Assembly: GCA_951406725.2 (NCBI GenBank)
Contig: OX597825.1
Location: forward strand, 32,550,001-32,614,000
Origin: Octopus vulgaris
Taxonomy: Eukaryota
DNA length: 64,000 nucleotides
Reading direction: 5' to 3'
The notes beneath the pieces were generated by a model. That model made no database searches. It saw nothing but the letters and a program-made list of their open reading frames with translations, and was not told the DNA's origin. Of the stretch, positions 42,604 through 56,097 are shown piece after piece. The translations under genes were made by a program, and so were the position numbers. Position 1 is the stretch's first letter, and each line of letters opens with the position of its first letter.

Positions 42604-43095
42604 ATACTATAATCATAAATGATTATATATTGAATTTTGAGATACTAGAAGGCATCAACTCAACTCAGTATCAGAGCGAGCTAGAATCCGCAACTAGTAT
42701 CACCAAATTCAATGTTTGAATGAAAAGATTGTGTCACCAGCCCCTTCCCACCCGCGTGTAGCCAAAACATGATGCTGTGGTCATCTACTGAGATAAAATA
42801 TGGTTATCCGTAATAATGAAGGGTGAAATTAATTAATTTGGAATAATTATCAATTACACCAAGTAGTCTTCGGCATGTAAAAGCCTCATTTGAGGAAAAT
42901 TTAAGTAATACTAAGCAATAAAGGGTTTAGCAACTAGTTGCCTTACCACATACCGAATTTAGAAATAGCAGTCAAAGAGTTATAGCTATTTCTTCTACTA
43001 AAGGGGAGATCTCAGTAAAAACAGCAATTGGAAGGCAGACACAAACAGGTAAGAGAGGATGAATTAACGGCAATCTATCATACAATTTTAAGTTA

Positions 43096-43196
43096 TCTAC
43101 GGACGTACGTTTCGAAATCAAGTCTTTAGGAAAGCATAAGAATTAAATGTTAAATAATTCTATCTTACCGAAAACTTCTTTTCTCTTCAGCGTAGA
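43096..43196 (-). ncRNA. Type I hammerhead ribozyme, intact (copy 2)
   Basis: Identical to copy 1 at offset 593; predicted cut at 43102|43101. Confidence 0.88.
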
Positions 43197-43585
43197 ATAC
43201 TATAATCATAAATGATTATATATTGAATTTTGAGATACTAGAAGGCATCAACTCAACTCAGTATCAGAGCGAGCTAGAATCCGCAACTAGTATCACCAAA
43301 TTCAATGTTTGAATGAAAAGATTGTGTCACCAGCCCCTTCCCACCCGCGTGTAGCCAAAACATGATGCTGTGGTCATCATTTCGAAACGTACGTCCGTAG
43401 ATAACTTAAAATTGTATGATAGATTGCCGTTAATTCATCCTCTCTTACCTGTTTGTGTCTGCCTTCCAATTGCTGTTTTTACTGAGATCTCCCTTTTAGT
43501 AGAAGAAATAGCTATAACTCTTTGACTGCTATTTCTAAATTCGGTATGTGGTAAGGCAACTAGTTGCTAAACCCTTTATTGCTTA

Positions 43586-43650
<65 letters not shown>

Positions 43651-44112
43651 TATATAGATATATAAGTGTGTGTGTGTGTGTGTGTGTGTGATGTGTGTGT
43701 GTGTGTGTGTGTGTCCTTGTGTTTATTATATATATATAATAGAATTTTATAAGCTTATAGTGATCACGGCGCAATGAGTAAAGAAAATAATCTAAATAAT
43801 GGAGCATATAAGCCCTCGACCAAGTCTGCTTCCGATTACACCAGCGAACTAACCTCCTTTTTTCTGCCAGATTTAAGAACTATAAATTAGTTCGTAGTTG
43901 TTTTTGTAAAAAAATTTTCATGTACTTTTACTGCGATGGTTTTGTTAGGTCGTGTCGATTTTTACAATTCTGTAAATAATATAAGCTTATAAAATAGTAT
44001 TTCATAAGCTTAAAGCTTATAGCGATCACCGCGCAATGACTAACAAAAATAGTCTAAATAACTGGGAATATAAGCCCTCGACAGAAAAAAGTAAGTTTTC
44101 TCCGTATGCGTG

Positions 44113-44172
<60 letters not shown>

Positions 44173-44182
44173 ATATATATAA

Positions 44183-44390
44183 CTTAGAAAAGGATACGTG
44201 GCGTTCGATCATATAATAATATAAATAATATATGAATATATGCATATATACATACATATATGTACATGCCTATATATGTATATATATATATACATATATA
44301 GGCATGCATATATGGGTACAGGTCTTTAAAAAACGTTGAACACAATGAGAAACGAAAACATGAAAACAAAATCATAGAAACGAACTTTTA
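44183..44390 (-). mobile_element. Fragment of the 33.4-34.3 kb repeat family
   Basis: Shares GAAAAGGAT.CGTGGCGTTCGATCATATAATAAT and AAAAAACGTTGAACACAATGAGAAACGAAAACAT. Confidence 0.65.
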
Positions 44391-44523
44391 GTTTTAGCTC
44401 TTATTTCTAGCAATGTAGATGTTCTAGCACTCTTAGTCGTATTTTGTGACATCTATAGTTTTCATTTTTGGTAACAAATTGCGCATGGCTGTTTATATGT
44501 GCGTATGTATATACGTATGTAGG

Positions 44524-44574
<51 letters not shown>

Positions 44575-46969
44575 ATGTATACATGTATATATGTATATGT
44601 ACATATTATATATGTATATATGTATCTACATATCTAACAGATACATACACACACATACATAAACATAATCATATATATGGCATGTTATAGATGCTATTTT
44701 CCTAAATGTCCTAATTGTAATAATTCGAAGTCACGCGTGGACCCAGTAATTGTAACCTTATACACTTACGTCCATATTTGTTAGTTTCGAAATGTCGCCA
44801 TTAGTATCTTTTATTTCTGGCTGATCTTATCAATTCTTTGATATATTCCAAACTTAATATATTTAAGCGATATCTTATTACTGCTACTGATATATTAATT
44901 CCTATTAATTTGTTTCTCACATTTAGTTCTTGTCATCATTAGTAATATAATGTATTTAGTGTTTTATCGTATGGTTGTTTTTCTTAGTTTTCATTGCGGC
45001 CTTCTCTCTTTACCCATTTATTCACAAATAATTATTAGTTCATATGGTAACTTTTTTATTTTCTTTGTTTTACCATATGTATTGCCTGTATGATTTCTTA
45101 ATCGATGGGTTGTGCACATTTATCTTACACAACGATCAGGCATATAACTCTGCTTAATCTCTTCTCTCCATTGTGAATAAACCGTTTAACTGATTATTAT
45201 CTCTTCACATTTAGCTTTAATCTATCATTATGTTATCGACAGCGGGGGAATCAAAGGCAAAAATCGACCTTCGTAATATTGGAAACATTTTGTCGGACAG
45301 AAGAACCTAAATACTGCATTTTGTATGATTCTGTTTAGTCTTTGCATCACTCGCCATCTGATGGACCGACAGTGTAGTTATTAGATGGAGCAAAAAGTTA
45401 TATCTTTAAGGCTGCTCTAAACAATTCATGGAGGATACCTCGTCTATTTAGAAATAACAGCCACATCTCCCTCAAACCACTCCTTTCACTCTGAGAGGAA
45501 GAATGTATACATTAGCTAATGGAAAGCTTGCATACTCCTAATAAAACATTGTCTTGCCCGTGATGCCTGCCATCAGAGCTCGGCTCACACAGAGTTGATC
45601 TGAGGCTAAACGACGATGATGAGAACCACAACACTGGTACAGAGAGAGGAACACAATGGATTTTACTTTGGTTAGGTACAAATACGATTTCAAAAGAGAG
45701 ACAGGCAGGCAGAGAATATGGGAAGAAATATACAAAGTACTTTGTCCTTCTTATCAGTGTTTACTTGGCAATACATATATTACGAAATAAGTGAAATAAA
45801 TAGCAGAAAAAAACCCCTCCGAATGCGGCATTTCAGCATAACAAGAGTACAATGACTGCATTAACAAAAAGAAGGAAAAAAAGACATGACCATCAGTCGT
45901 GTATTATCAAAATAAACTGTGAAGCGTGATTCAACAGAGAAGTATCTGTTATCTTATTTAGTGACTTACTTCATTTTCTACAGGACAACACTTATATTGT
46001 ACAGAGTTACATATCATAAATAAAGTGCTGACACATTTTTGGATAGCATAATTCAAAGTGAACGAAAGTTGCAGAGGATTCAAATTAGTGATACCAGTTT
46101 CAAGAAAACTGACATCCAACACGTCTGAGAAATCGTTCGTTCCAGCTAATTAATGGTTTAAGACAGGTGACCACAAGAGGTATTGGTAACATAAGTCCTT
46201 ATTATGGGAAAGCCGAGGTAATTGGCTTGTAGATGAAATGCCTTTGGCAGCAACCTGAGTTAATTGTGACCAAAAATAATGCTAAAGCTTGAACGATATG
46301 TACGGAGTTGATAATATTCGTTTTTCTGTTTTCTCTCTCACTTTTTTTTATATATATTTAACTTACATAGTTCTCCGCTCGAATCAGGCAGATTCCAGAT
46401 TTGCCTTTCATTTCAATGATGTCCACAAGTCAACTACACGTAATATATTGTTTCGAATCCTCAATAATTCTTCCTTTATAACCAACATTAATAACTTCTT
46501 TACAAAAATCTCGCAGAATGTACGAAAGTAGCCATATGATATTGTAAGAATAATTGGAGTAATTCTGTAATTGAATAAATAAATTGTTCCCCTCCCCAGC
46601 CACCGCAAACATAAAATTAATCAATTCCAATGATACTTTCTTATATTTAATGTGGTGCTCTTTGGCGTTCGACAAAATTAATTGTTTATTTAAAAAATTT
46701 CTTTTGATATGGTAAAAATTGAAAGGAATTTATATGGTTGTGTCTGGTTGTTTGCTGTTGTCTGCAAGGCGCACCACATCCCTGCCACTCAGTTATCTAA
46801 CAACATACCAGATACGTCATAGATTCATAACCACCAATATGTGTGTGTGTGTGCGCGTGTGTGTGTATGTATGCTTGTGTCTGTGTGAGAGAATGTATGT
46901 ATGTATGTATGTATGTATGTATATATGTATGTATGTATGTATGTATGCATGTATGTATGTATGTATAAC

Positions 46970-47420
46970 ACATGCCAAAATATAAGTATTATGAAAAATC
47001 AAAAATTATGAACCAGACTGTGGCTGGGTGATAGCAGTTTCCTCAAAGTAGCCGTTCTCAGCTTCCAACGCGACCTCCAGTCAGCTCGAAATCCGGCACC
47101 TGCGTTCCTCGCTGAGTCCCTAGGAAGATCTTCAAGCACCCCTTTGATGTTGGCTACCAACTCGGCTTTGGTGCTGCAAGTACAGTGGTTGGGGTTTTCT
47201 ACAGTAGACCTCACACATAATGATCAATGGGATCACAATCAGAGGAATTAGGAGACTAGAAATTGGGGTTGTATAAGTTATAATTACTTCTAACTATTTC
47301 CAAATGTATGGCAAAGGGCTGAATCCTGATTCCCCTCATATGGCCATCTATCAGCAGTCCTCTCCACACAGTGTTTAATCACAACTTCACATAACGGTCT
47401 GAACTGAGACTAAGGACCTG
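46970..47420 (-). mobile_element. Tc1/mariner transposase C-terminal relic
   Basis: Minus strand SPNSSDCDPID (SPDLNP.D-like), then TKAELVANIKGVLEDLP...A...FR pattern. Confidence 0.6.
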
Positions 47421-47808
47421 TTCATCAGTTGCTGCGTGAAGTCCGGCGTGCAGACGCCGTCGGAACGCCTGCTGTGTCCCTTTCTGCTGGCCATAGTTTA
47501 GTAATGTCTGCAGCAGCCGTCCATGTCACATCTAACAGCCTTTACACCGTTCACAGAGCATTGAGCAGCAGTCATGATGTCAGCACTTTGACATCATGAC
47601 GCAAATCATCATAATACAGGTAATTCTTTATCAATATTCAGATGGCTTCCAGTCCTCCACGTCACCTAACTTTTTCTCCACTAAAACTTTGATGTTTATG
47701 CTCGCCAATGCCGCTGACTGTCCCCCAATACAACAACTGTTCTCAAAAAAGATGTAGAAAATCGCCAAATTTAACCCGAACAACTTGTATGTGTATACGT
47801 ATATATAA

Positions 47809-47884
<76 letters not shown>

Positions 47885-48046
47885 ATATGTATATATATAT
47901 ATATATTGTCAATAATAATAAGGGTAAAATTAATTAATTAATTAGTAATTAATAATTTTACCAAGCAGTGTTCAGTATGTAAAAGGACCATTTACGGTAA
48001 ACTTCAACATTACTTTATATAATTAAGGTTCGGCAAAAAAAAAAAG

Positions 48047-48093
<47 letters not shown>

Positions 48094-49046
48094 TATGTAT
48101 GTGTATGTATGTGTGTATGTGTGTGAGCTTGTGTGTGTTTGTGTGTATATATAATATATACATATATACGTGTATGTACACACACACACACACACACACG
48201 CATACACAAACACTCATATATGAGTTGAATCGTCGGTGTAACCTAGATGTTCTGGTGATTTTTCTTTATTTGCATCGATTTGTGAATATACAGTTGTATT
48301 TTATAATCCAAGGCATATATATTCGTACTAACATGCTAACATAATTTTATTCCACACTGAAATTATTATCACATGCAGATAAAACGGGCGTAATCCTAAG
48401 ATTTTGAAGTGGGTAAAGAAATATATTCTTGTCTCGTGTATATTAAGTTTAAAATAAAAACACTCTTGTGACGGCAAACTGTGAAATATTTATCTATATC
48501 TTTCATAGAGTTGTTTTGTCAACTCTGTTATTAAGAACTTTATCTAACGGTTTGTTGAGCACTATCTCATTTTTTCCCTATCATATTCATTCTTAATCTC
48601 TATTATCGTGTCTTCTGTATTCAGTTGTTTTAAGATCGCCTGAATTTGAATCCGATCTCCTGACACGAGAATTGTGTCGTCTGCATATCAAAGATATATG
48701 AGACATTCACTGTAGAGTTTAATACTTATTTCGTCTTCCTTCTAGTGTAGATCTTAAAACAAGCTTTAAAAGGGGAGAGAAAAATCCTCCCTTTGAGTGG
48801 AAATTTGTTTGATCTTGGTGTAGTCTGATGAAAGACGAAGCATAGTGATAAATACGTTTTAAGATGTTATGGTACACTACTGATTCACCACACTTATGTG
48901 TGATGGCTGCCGTCACTGCTGTTATTTCTACAGAGTGGAAAGTTTTTTCGTGGTGCGCAAAGGTTATGCAAAATCGAATGTTTGTTATTTCTATCGACTT
49001 AACAAGTTTTCTTTTTTCTTTTTTTTTAATCCTTAATGGCACGTAT

Positions 49047-49445
49047 CTCTTTTACTATTTTACTTGTTTCAGTCATGTGACTGTGACCGTGCTGGAGCAC
49101 CGTCTTTAGTCGAGCAAATCGATCCCAGAACTTATTCTTTGTAAGCCTAGTAATTATTCTATCGGTATCTTTTTGCCGAAACCCTAAGTTACGGAGACGT
49201 AAACACACCAGCATCGGTTGTCAGGCGATGTTGTGGGGACAAACACAGACACACAAACATATACACACGCACACATATATACGACGGGTTTCTTTCAGTT
49301 TCCGTCTACCAAATCCACTCACAAGGCTTTGGTCTGCCCAAGGCTACAGTTGAAGACACTTGCCCAAGGTGCCACACAGTGGGACTGAACCCGGAACCAT
49401 GTGATTCATAAGCAAGCTACTTACCACAAAACCACTCCTACGCCT
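49047..49445 (-). mobile_element. SINE family B, near full length
   Basis: Aligns along its length with 31383-31812. Confidence 0.85.
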
Positions 49446-49539
49446 ATGTATACATAATTGAATATCGAAAAGCACGATTTGAAATGCTATTTGTACGCGC
49501 GGTTGATTCACGTCCAATTGTTTGGCAATACTTTTCCTC

Positions 49540-49790
49540 GTGAAAAAGAGACCAATAGAATAAGTACTAGGCTTATAGAGAATAAGTCCTAGGGTCCATG
49601 TGCTTGACTAAAGGCGGCGCCCCAGCATGGCCACATTCAAATGACTGAAACAAGAAAAAAGTAAAAGAGTAAAAGAGTATCGGTTTTTTTATGCCGAATC
49701 GTTAAATTACAGGAACGTAAACAAACTAACACTGGTTGTCTAGCAGTGATGAAGACAGGAAGAAACACAAAGATGCACACCCACACCAAC
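49540..49790. mobile_element. SINE family B fragments in opposite orientations
   Basis: Plus-strand 3' half at 49540-49677 joined to a minus-strand internal piece. Confidence 0.6.
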
Positions 49791-49857
49791 ATACGCACAA
49801 ACATGCACATACACACATACATACATACATTCATACATACATACATACATACATACA

Positions 49858-49913
<56 letters not shown>

Positions 49914-51481
49914 TACATACATATATGCGGATTCAGCCTACTGCATTGAACCTTGTGCAAATCTCTCCTACTTTAGCTCCGTGTACTGATAATTATCATT
50001 ACTATAATATGCGTTCCCTCAGATTGGAGCTTTTTTTCGTCTGGGTACATTTACTATCTGAATGCATCCAAAGCAATTACTTTACAATAATTTTACGACA
50101 ATGTTATTTGACTTTCCTTATTTTGGAATGCATTTTGCTTTTTTTTTTTTTCATGTCCTTCCAAATTGTCCTACGCAGAGTGCATCTGTGATGGTATTTT
50201 GATGTTCGTAACATACCGTTTGCTTGTTATGTCTTTTGTTAGGTCCCATGTTTCCGAGACATAAAATCTCTCTAGGATTACGTGTTCGTTTACAAACACG
50301 TCTTTCAAGGCTAAAGACAACAACAAATTCTCTCAAGAAACCCTATATCTAATGAAGAGAAGAATAAAACAGAAAGCTGAAAATATACCCAATGAAAGTC
50401 GAGATAAAAATCAGAAAAACAAACTGTGTAAACATGTAAGTAGAAAGCAATGAGAGACAACATGGGGGGAAATGGTAGGGGGGGGGGACATGAGCATATT
50501 TGAGACGATAATCCAAAGAAATTATTTAAACCTGCTAAAAAGGAAATACAGAAAGGAGAACCAAACTAAAAGCATTAAAAAGCTGATGGAACCATCACAG
50601 AATGCAGAAACAGAGTCGTAAAATGAGCGATGGAGTTCTATACCAAAAGTAATACACCAATGACAGAAATAGCAACGCTTTTACGAGTATAGAAGAATAC
50701 ACTGTTGAGAGTATAACCAGGCTGCAATATCTATTCGACCATAATATGAAGAGGATATACAATTAAACGACTGATAACAATACCTAAGACAAGATCTCAT
50801 TATACGATGTATTCAAAGGATGCCGAAAGCTATATTAAAGACACCTACTAATTTCTATATTATTTATCTCTGGCGAAGCAGTATGACCGAAAGTTCATAC
50901 AGCGCGATAATCATTCGCCTGCACAAATCTGATAGGTCACTCTATATTTTTGTATTCTTTTATTCTATTATAAGTTTCATCCCAAGGGCTGTGGCGATGC
51001 TGTAGCACCGCCAGTGAGTACAAAGTTATTATTCTTACACAAAAATACTATTGAGAGTGAAGTTTCAGCTAAGCCATCGTTGGACTGCGGTGCACTAGAG
51101 TTAAACTTGCCTTTACATAAACTCTTTGAGTTAAAATCATTTTCGGGTGTGTTGGGTGGGGATTAGGTTTTATAGTCGGTTGTTATAGAAAGGTGTTCTG
51201 AAGAAACATTTATTGATTAAATTTGGGGTTATGTTATTGTTTAGGATTTATTTATTCAGACAGAACTTTGTGAAAAAGCCTGTAGGAATTTCTCATTTGT
51301 TAGGTAGGCACAAGAGTGACGGGATTTTTGTTGGGTCTTGGTGTTATTGCATGTTATCCCTTTTCTCTGACAATGCAAATGTCAAAGGTACAACGCAGGC
51401 TCCGACGATGGTTTAGATCATCAGAGATTCGAAGTCACTATCAATAACTTTCTTGTATAAGAATACACACACACACACACA

Positions 51482-52233
51482 ATCGCTGATTTTGTAACAA
51501 GCAAAAATGCTAGTTCTAAAATCGCTCTAAGAGTTCAACGCAGTAGTTGTACTGACAAGTGATATTCATAGCCACTCTAACATAGCTGTCTGTTCGAACA
51601 GATTCTACTGCGCTGTTTTAACCCCAGAGGACTTCTCTTTTACCTGGTTTACGATGCAGAGCTGCATTCGATAAATTGCTAGCAATGGAGCGAACCCCCG
51701 CCAACTTCTAGCAACGGGACCAGTAAACCATTCCTGTTTTCGGGTTATTTCAGCTACCGTTCGGTACTGGACACTTCGTCTGTTAGAGATGACAGTAAAT
51801 GCCTTCTGCTCGCGAAATATAAATTTCAAGCGAACACGCAGTCGCTGATTTTGCAACAAGCAAATATGCTAGTTCTAAAATCGCTCTAAGAGTTCAACGC
51901 AGTAGCTGTACTGACAAGTAATATTCGTAGCTACTTCAACATGACTGCCCGTGTTCGCTTGAAATTTATATATTGCGAGCGTTGGTGAGCTACTGCCCTC
52001 TCTAGCAGACGAGGTGTCCAGTAACGAAGAGTGGCAGAAATATCCCGAAACCAGGACTGGTCTACTGGTTCCGTTGTCAGAAGGTGGTAGGTATTCGCTC
52101 CCCTACTCGCAGTTTATCGGATGCTGTTCTGCATCCTTAACCAGCTAGAGGAGATGTCGTTTTGGGGTAAAAACATCGCAGCAAAGTTCGTTCGAATGGA
52201 CAGCCATGCTGAAGTAGCTACAAATATTACTTG
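51482..52233. repeat. Complex imperfect fold-back A-B-A'-B(rc)-A(rc)
   Basis: A (51482-51590) matches A' (51842-51949); B (51591-51839) is an imperfect reverse complement of 51950-52196; 52197-52233 is the reverse complement of the 3' part of A. Confidence 0.85.
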
Positions 52234-52448
52234 TGTATATGTATATATATATATATATAAATATATATATGTGTATGTGTATGTATGTATGTATGTATGT
52301 ATGTATGTATGTATGTATGTATGTATGTCTGCATGGACAACTTATATATGCTTCAACATAATGCGAAAGGCGAAAAAAGAAAGACAGAGACAGATGACAG
52401 AACAAAAAACGATATATTACTTTGACACCCAGGAAAAATGGAAGACAT

Positions 52449-52484
52449 CTTTGACGTTTCGAGCCTACGTTCTTCTACAGATAT
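52449..52484 (-). ncRNA. Minimal HHR-like motif, CTGTAGA variant
   Basis: CTGTAGA-A-GAAC(GTAG)GCTC-GAAA-CG-TC-AAAG. Confidence 0.45.
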
Positions 52485-53435
52485 GAGTGAGGAGAGAAAA
52501 CAGATGGTTTATGGAAACTGAAAGAAACGTTTCGTATACACAAACAACAATACACATATGCACACATACATACACGCATACATATATACATACATACGTA
52601 CGTACATACATATATACACATACATGAATACGTGCATACATACATGCATACATACATACATAAATACATACATACATGCATACATACATACATACATTTA
52701 TGGCGAATTAATGCGGAACTTACAGCTTTTGTACCCTGACTATGTATTCTCATTTGTACTTATCATCATACGGGTATTAGGTTATGTACCGACCAATTTG
52801 CACAACATCCTAGAAATATTCGGTTTCGCGGAGAAAATGCAAAAGAAACTCACGCGGATTCTCCAAATTCAGTCTATTGGTGTCACAGTGATAACTTGTA
52901 ATACATTCCAAAAATTTTCCATGTGAGATTCTTATGTGAAAAGATGCACACACACGAGTGTAGGCATCGACAGTTCAACAAGCAAACAAACTCGGCCACA
53001 AATTTACAAACATCGAGAACTCTCTTAACTCAAGAAGTCTTGCTTTGTTAGCCAACGGCTTGAACTTTCTCTAGAAAAAACATAACCTGATTTCAAAGAA
53101 AAGATACAACATATTTATATACATATACACACGTACACATGCGCATATATGATCTTCCAGTCGGCTGGTAATGGCAGCGCCAGATTAAATTTTTCAGGGC
53201 ATCAGAGACTGGTGAGAAGGGGTGAAGAAGGGAAGAAATTATCCTCAAAGTAGAGAATTTGATCAAATGCTTGTAATGGAGAGCACTCCGCTAAAGTCAG
53301 CCAAGTTGTCACATGCTGCACCGGCACCTAACTCATTGAGAGCCTTTAGCAGTGTGTGTACGTGGGTATTCACTTGTCTCTAGTTCTTCTTATATTTACA
53401 ATAATTATTAATCTATAAACTTTTTATCCTTGTGT

Positions 53436-55153
53436 TGTGGCGAAATCCTGACACCCTTGTAGGATGGCAAGTCAACTGTCCTAAACCGTATGAAGGCGCA
53501 TGCGCACTGTCAGTGAGGAACAGTGGGATGAGCGCAGGCGCTTTGTGAAGACAGTCGTAGAAGTCATAAGGAAGAGATATTGTTTGTTACGTGTTGTTTC
53601 TGATTTATATGTGTATTGTTATAACCTTGTTATAAGTCCATAAAGAGCATAAGAGTGTTGACGAGACATTCGAAGTTTACGGTGGTCGTTCTTAGCATAG
53701 AAGAACTATTAGCTTCCGTGGTTCAGTTGCAACGGCAACTACAACAACAGCAAGAGAAGTAGCCGCACCAGTTGCAACGGTAACTACAATAGCAACAAGA
53801 AGAACAACGGAAACAGCAAGATCAGGTACAACTACAACAATAGCAACTACAATAAGAAAATCAACAATTGTTGGAATTGTTGTTGCAGTAAAAAATCCCT
53901 TCAGGTTCGTTTTCGGTAGACGCAGCTGCTAATTCAATTGAAGAATTCACGTATAATCTGAAAGAAAGGGTTACGTTTTCTGCATACTTCAGAAGGTATG
54001 AAGGAACCTTCAAGGAAGAGTGTAAAACTTGGACTGTCGAAAAGAAGGTACGTCTTCTTTTGTGTAAATTATCACCTGCAGAACATGAAAAGTTTTGTAA
54101 TTACATCTTGCTGAGAAAACTATACAAAATTTATTTCGAGTAAAAATTAAGCTATTATCTAAAATATTCAGTGAAAGAAGTTCACTATTCAATATTCGCT
54201 GGGAGTGTTTGAATTTGAAAAATAAAAGAAGCGGAAGATTTCGTCACGGATGCCGGAATCGTAAATAGGGAATGTGAAAAATTTAAACACGACGAATTAA
54301 GCCCGGACATGTTTAAATGTTTAATCTTCATACAAGGATTAATGGCAAGTAAAGATGCAGAGATAAGGGCTCGAATATTGACAAAACTTGAACAATATTC
54401 AAACCAACTCTACAAATAGTGGCTGAAGAATGCCAAAGAATTATGTATCTACGATAGGACGCAGAAAAAATTGAAAAAGATTATTCAAATATACATACGT
54501 GTCGACCAGTAACAGATATGTAAAAAGAAAAACAACAGTCAAGACTGAAACCATGTTATGGGTATGGAGAAATACATTTCAAAAGAAACTGTCCTTTTAA
54601 GAATCTAAAATGCTTTGGATGTGGAAAAATTGGACACAAGAATTCACATTGTTGGGTGAAACAAAAAAGGTCGAACAAAAAATATTCGAGAAAAAAGTAT
54701 TGTCAACACAAATGCAAAGCGAGGTACAATAAAAGAAAATTTGTCTCTATAAAAATAAATAATGTGAATACTAGACTACAGTTGGACACAGGTAGTGACA
54801 TCACAATGATTAACGAGGATACATGGAAGAAAATAGGAAGGCCTACATTGAAAAAAACTGCGGAAAATGGCGAGAGGTATCCCAGGAAAACAATAACGAT
54901 TTTGGAGCGAAATGATTAATGACTCTTTTACTCTTTTACATGTTTCAGTCATTTGACTGCGGTCATGCTGGAGCAACGCTTTTAGTCGAACAAATCGACC
55001 CCAGGACTTATTCTTTGTAAGCCTAGTACTTATTCTATCGCTCTCTTTTTGCTGAACCGGTAAGTTACATGAACGTAAACACACCAGCATCGGTTGTCAA
55101 GCGATGTTGGGGGGACAAACACAGACACAAACATATACACACACATACATACT

Positions 55154-55205
<52 letters not shown>

Positions 55206-56097
55206 CATACATATATACGACGGGTTTCTTTCAGTTTCCGTCTACCAAATCCACTCACAAGGCTTTGGTCGGTCCGCGGCTAAGACACTTGACCAAGGTG
55301 CCACGCAGTGGGACTGAACTCGGAACCATGTGGTTCGTAATCAAGCTACTTACCACACAGCCACTCCTGTTTCTAGGAGGTAACATTTCGTGGGAATACT
55401 TTCAAGGCTAAAGCTTTTGTATAAAAAATACGACGAACCTTTTTGGTACAGACTGGATAGAATTGTTTAATTTATGGAACCTCGCCATAAATATTTTTGT
55501 AATAATGTAAACGGCTGTACACCAGTTCAAATAAGACGTCAGGTGATTTTAAAAAGAAATTGAAAAAGATTTTTCCTGATGATATTTCGGCAGAATTAGG
55601 CAGATGCACCAATGCAAAAGTAAAATGTCAAGTAAAAGAAAACACCATACTGGTGTTTAAACTGAAGTGAGCTGTACATTTCGCGGCGTTGAATCAAGTC
55701 AGCAAGGAATTAGATAGGGTAGAAAAGATGGGAGTTATAGTAAAAGTTGATTATTCAGAATGGGCAGCACCAACTATTTACGTAAAGAAAAATAGTCTTT
55801 TTAACAGGTTTGAATGAATCTTTAAGGACATACAATTATCCACTACCAAGCCCCGAGAAAATTTTTGTGAAATAATGGAGGAGAATTTTTCTCAAAATTG
55901 GACTTGTCGGAAGCGTATTTACAGTTACAAGTTGAGAAGAATGTTCGAAATTATTAACGATAAACATTCAGAAAGGTTTATATATATTCAATCGACTTCC
56001 TTTCGGGATAAAGGTGGCACCTAGTATTTTCCAGCTGATGATGGACACGATGCTTGCAGATACGGATTTCGCCATAGCATATTTGGATGACGTCATA
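53436..56097 (+). mobile_element. Decayed, 3'-truncated Ty3/Gypsy LTR retrotransposon
   Basis: Gag (TFSAYFRRYE..F; zinc knuckle CFGCGKIGHKNSHC), protease LDTGSDIT, RT (SEWAAP, YPLPSPE, KLDLSEAYLQL, RLPFGIKVAPSIFQ, AYLDDVI). Many stops and frameshifts. 5' LTR boundary is tentative. Confidence 0.88.
54921..55368 (-). mobile_element. SINE family B inserted in the Gypsy protease region
   Basis: Aligns with 31383-31812; Gypsy coding sequence resumes after 55368. Confidence 0.85.

Larger units (their letters stand above)
42221..43589 (-). mobile_element. 593-bp tandem plus inverted segment, PLE pLTR/retrozyme-like
   Basis: Unit 1 is 42221-42813; unit 2 is 42814-43378 (one visible SNP); 43379-43589 is the reverse complement of about 42315-42525; (TA)n on both sides; no ORF of 60 aa or more inside the unit. 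Confidence 0.85.

Noticed and set aside
42629-42713. Possible SECIS element
   Set aside because: No AUGA/GA quartet or apical AA motif on either strand.
50340-51010. Possible LINE endonuclease-region relic
   Set aside because: Too decayed to show diagnostic motifs by eye.
51605-51859. 84-aa ORF in arm B
   Set aside because: The homologous arm has three in-frame stops and no synonymous bias.
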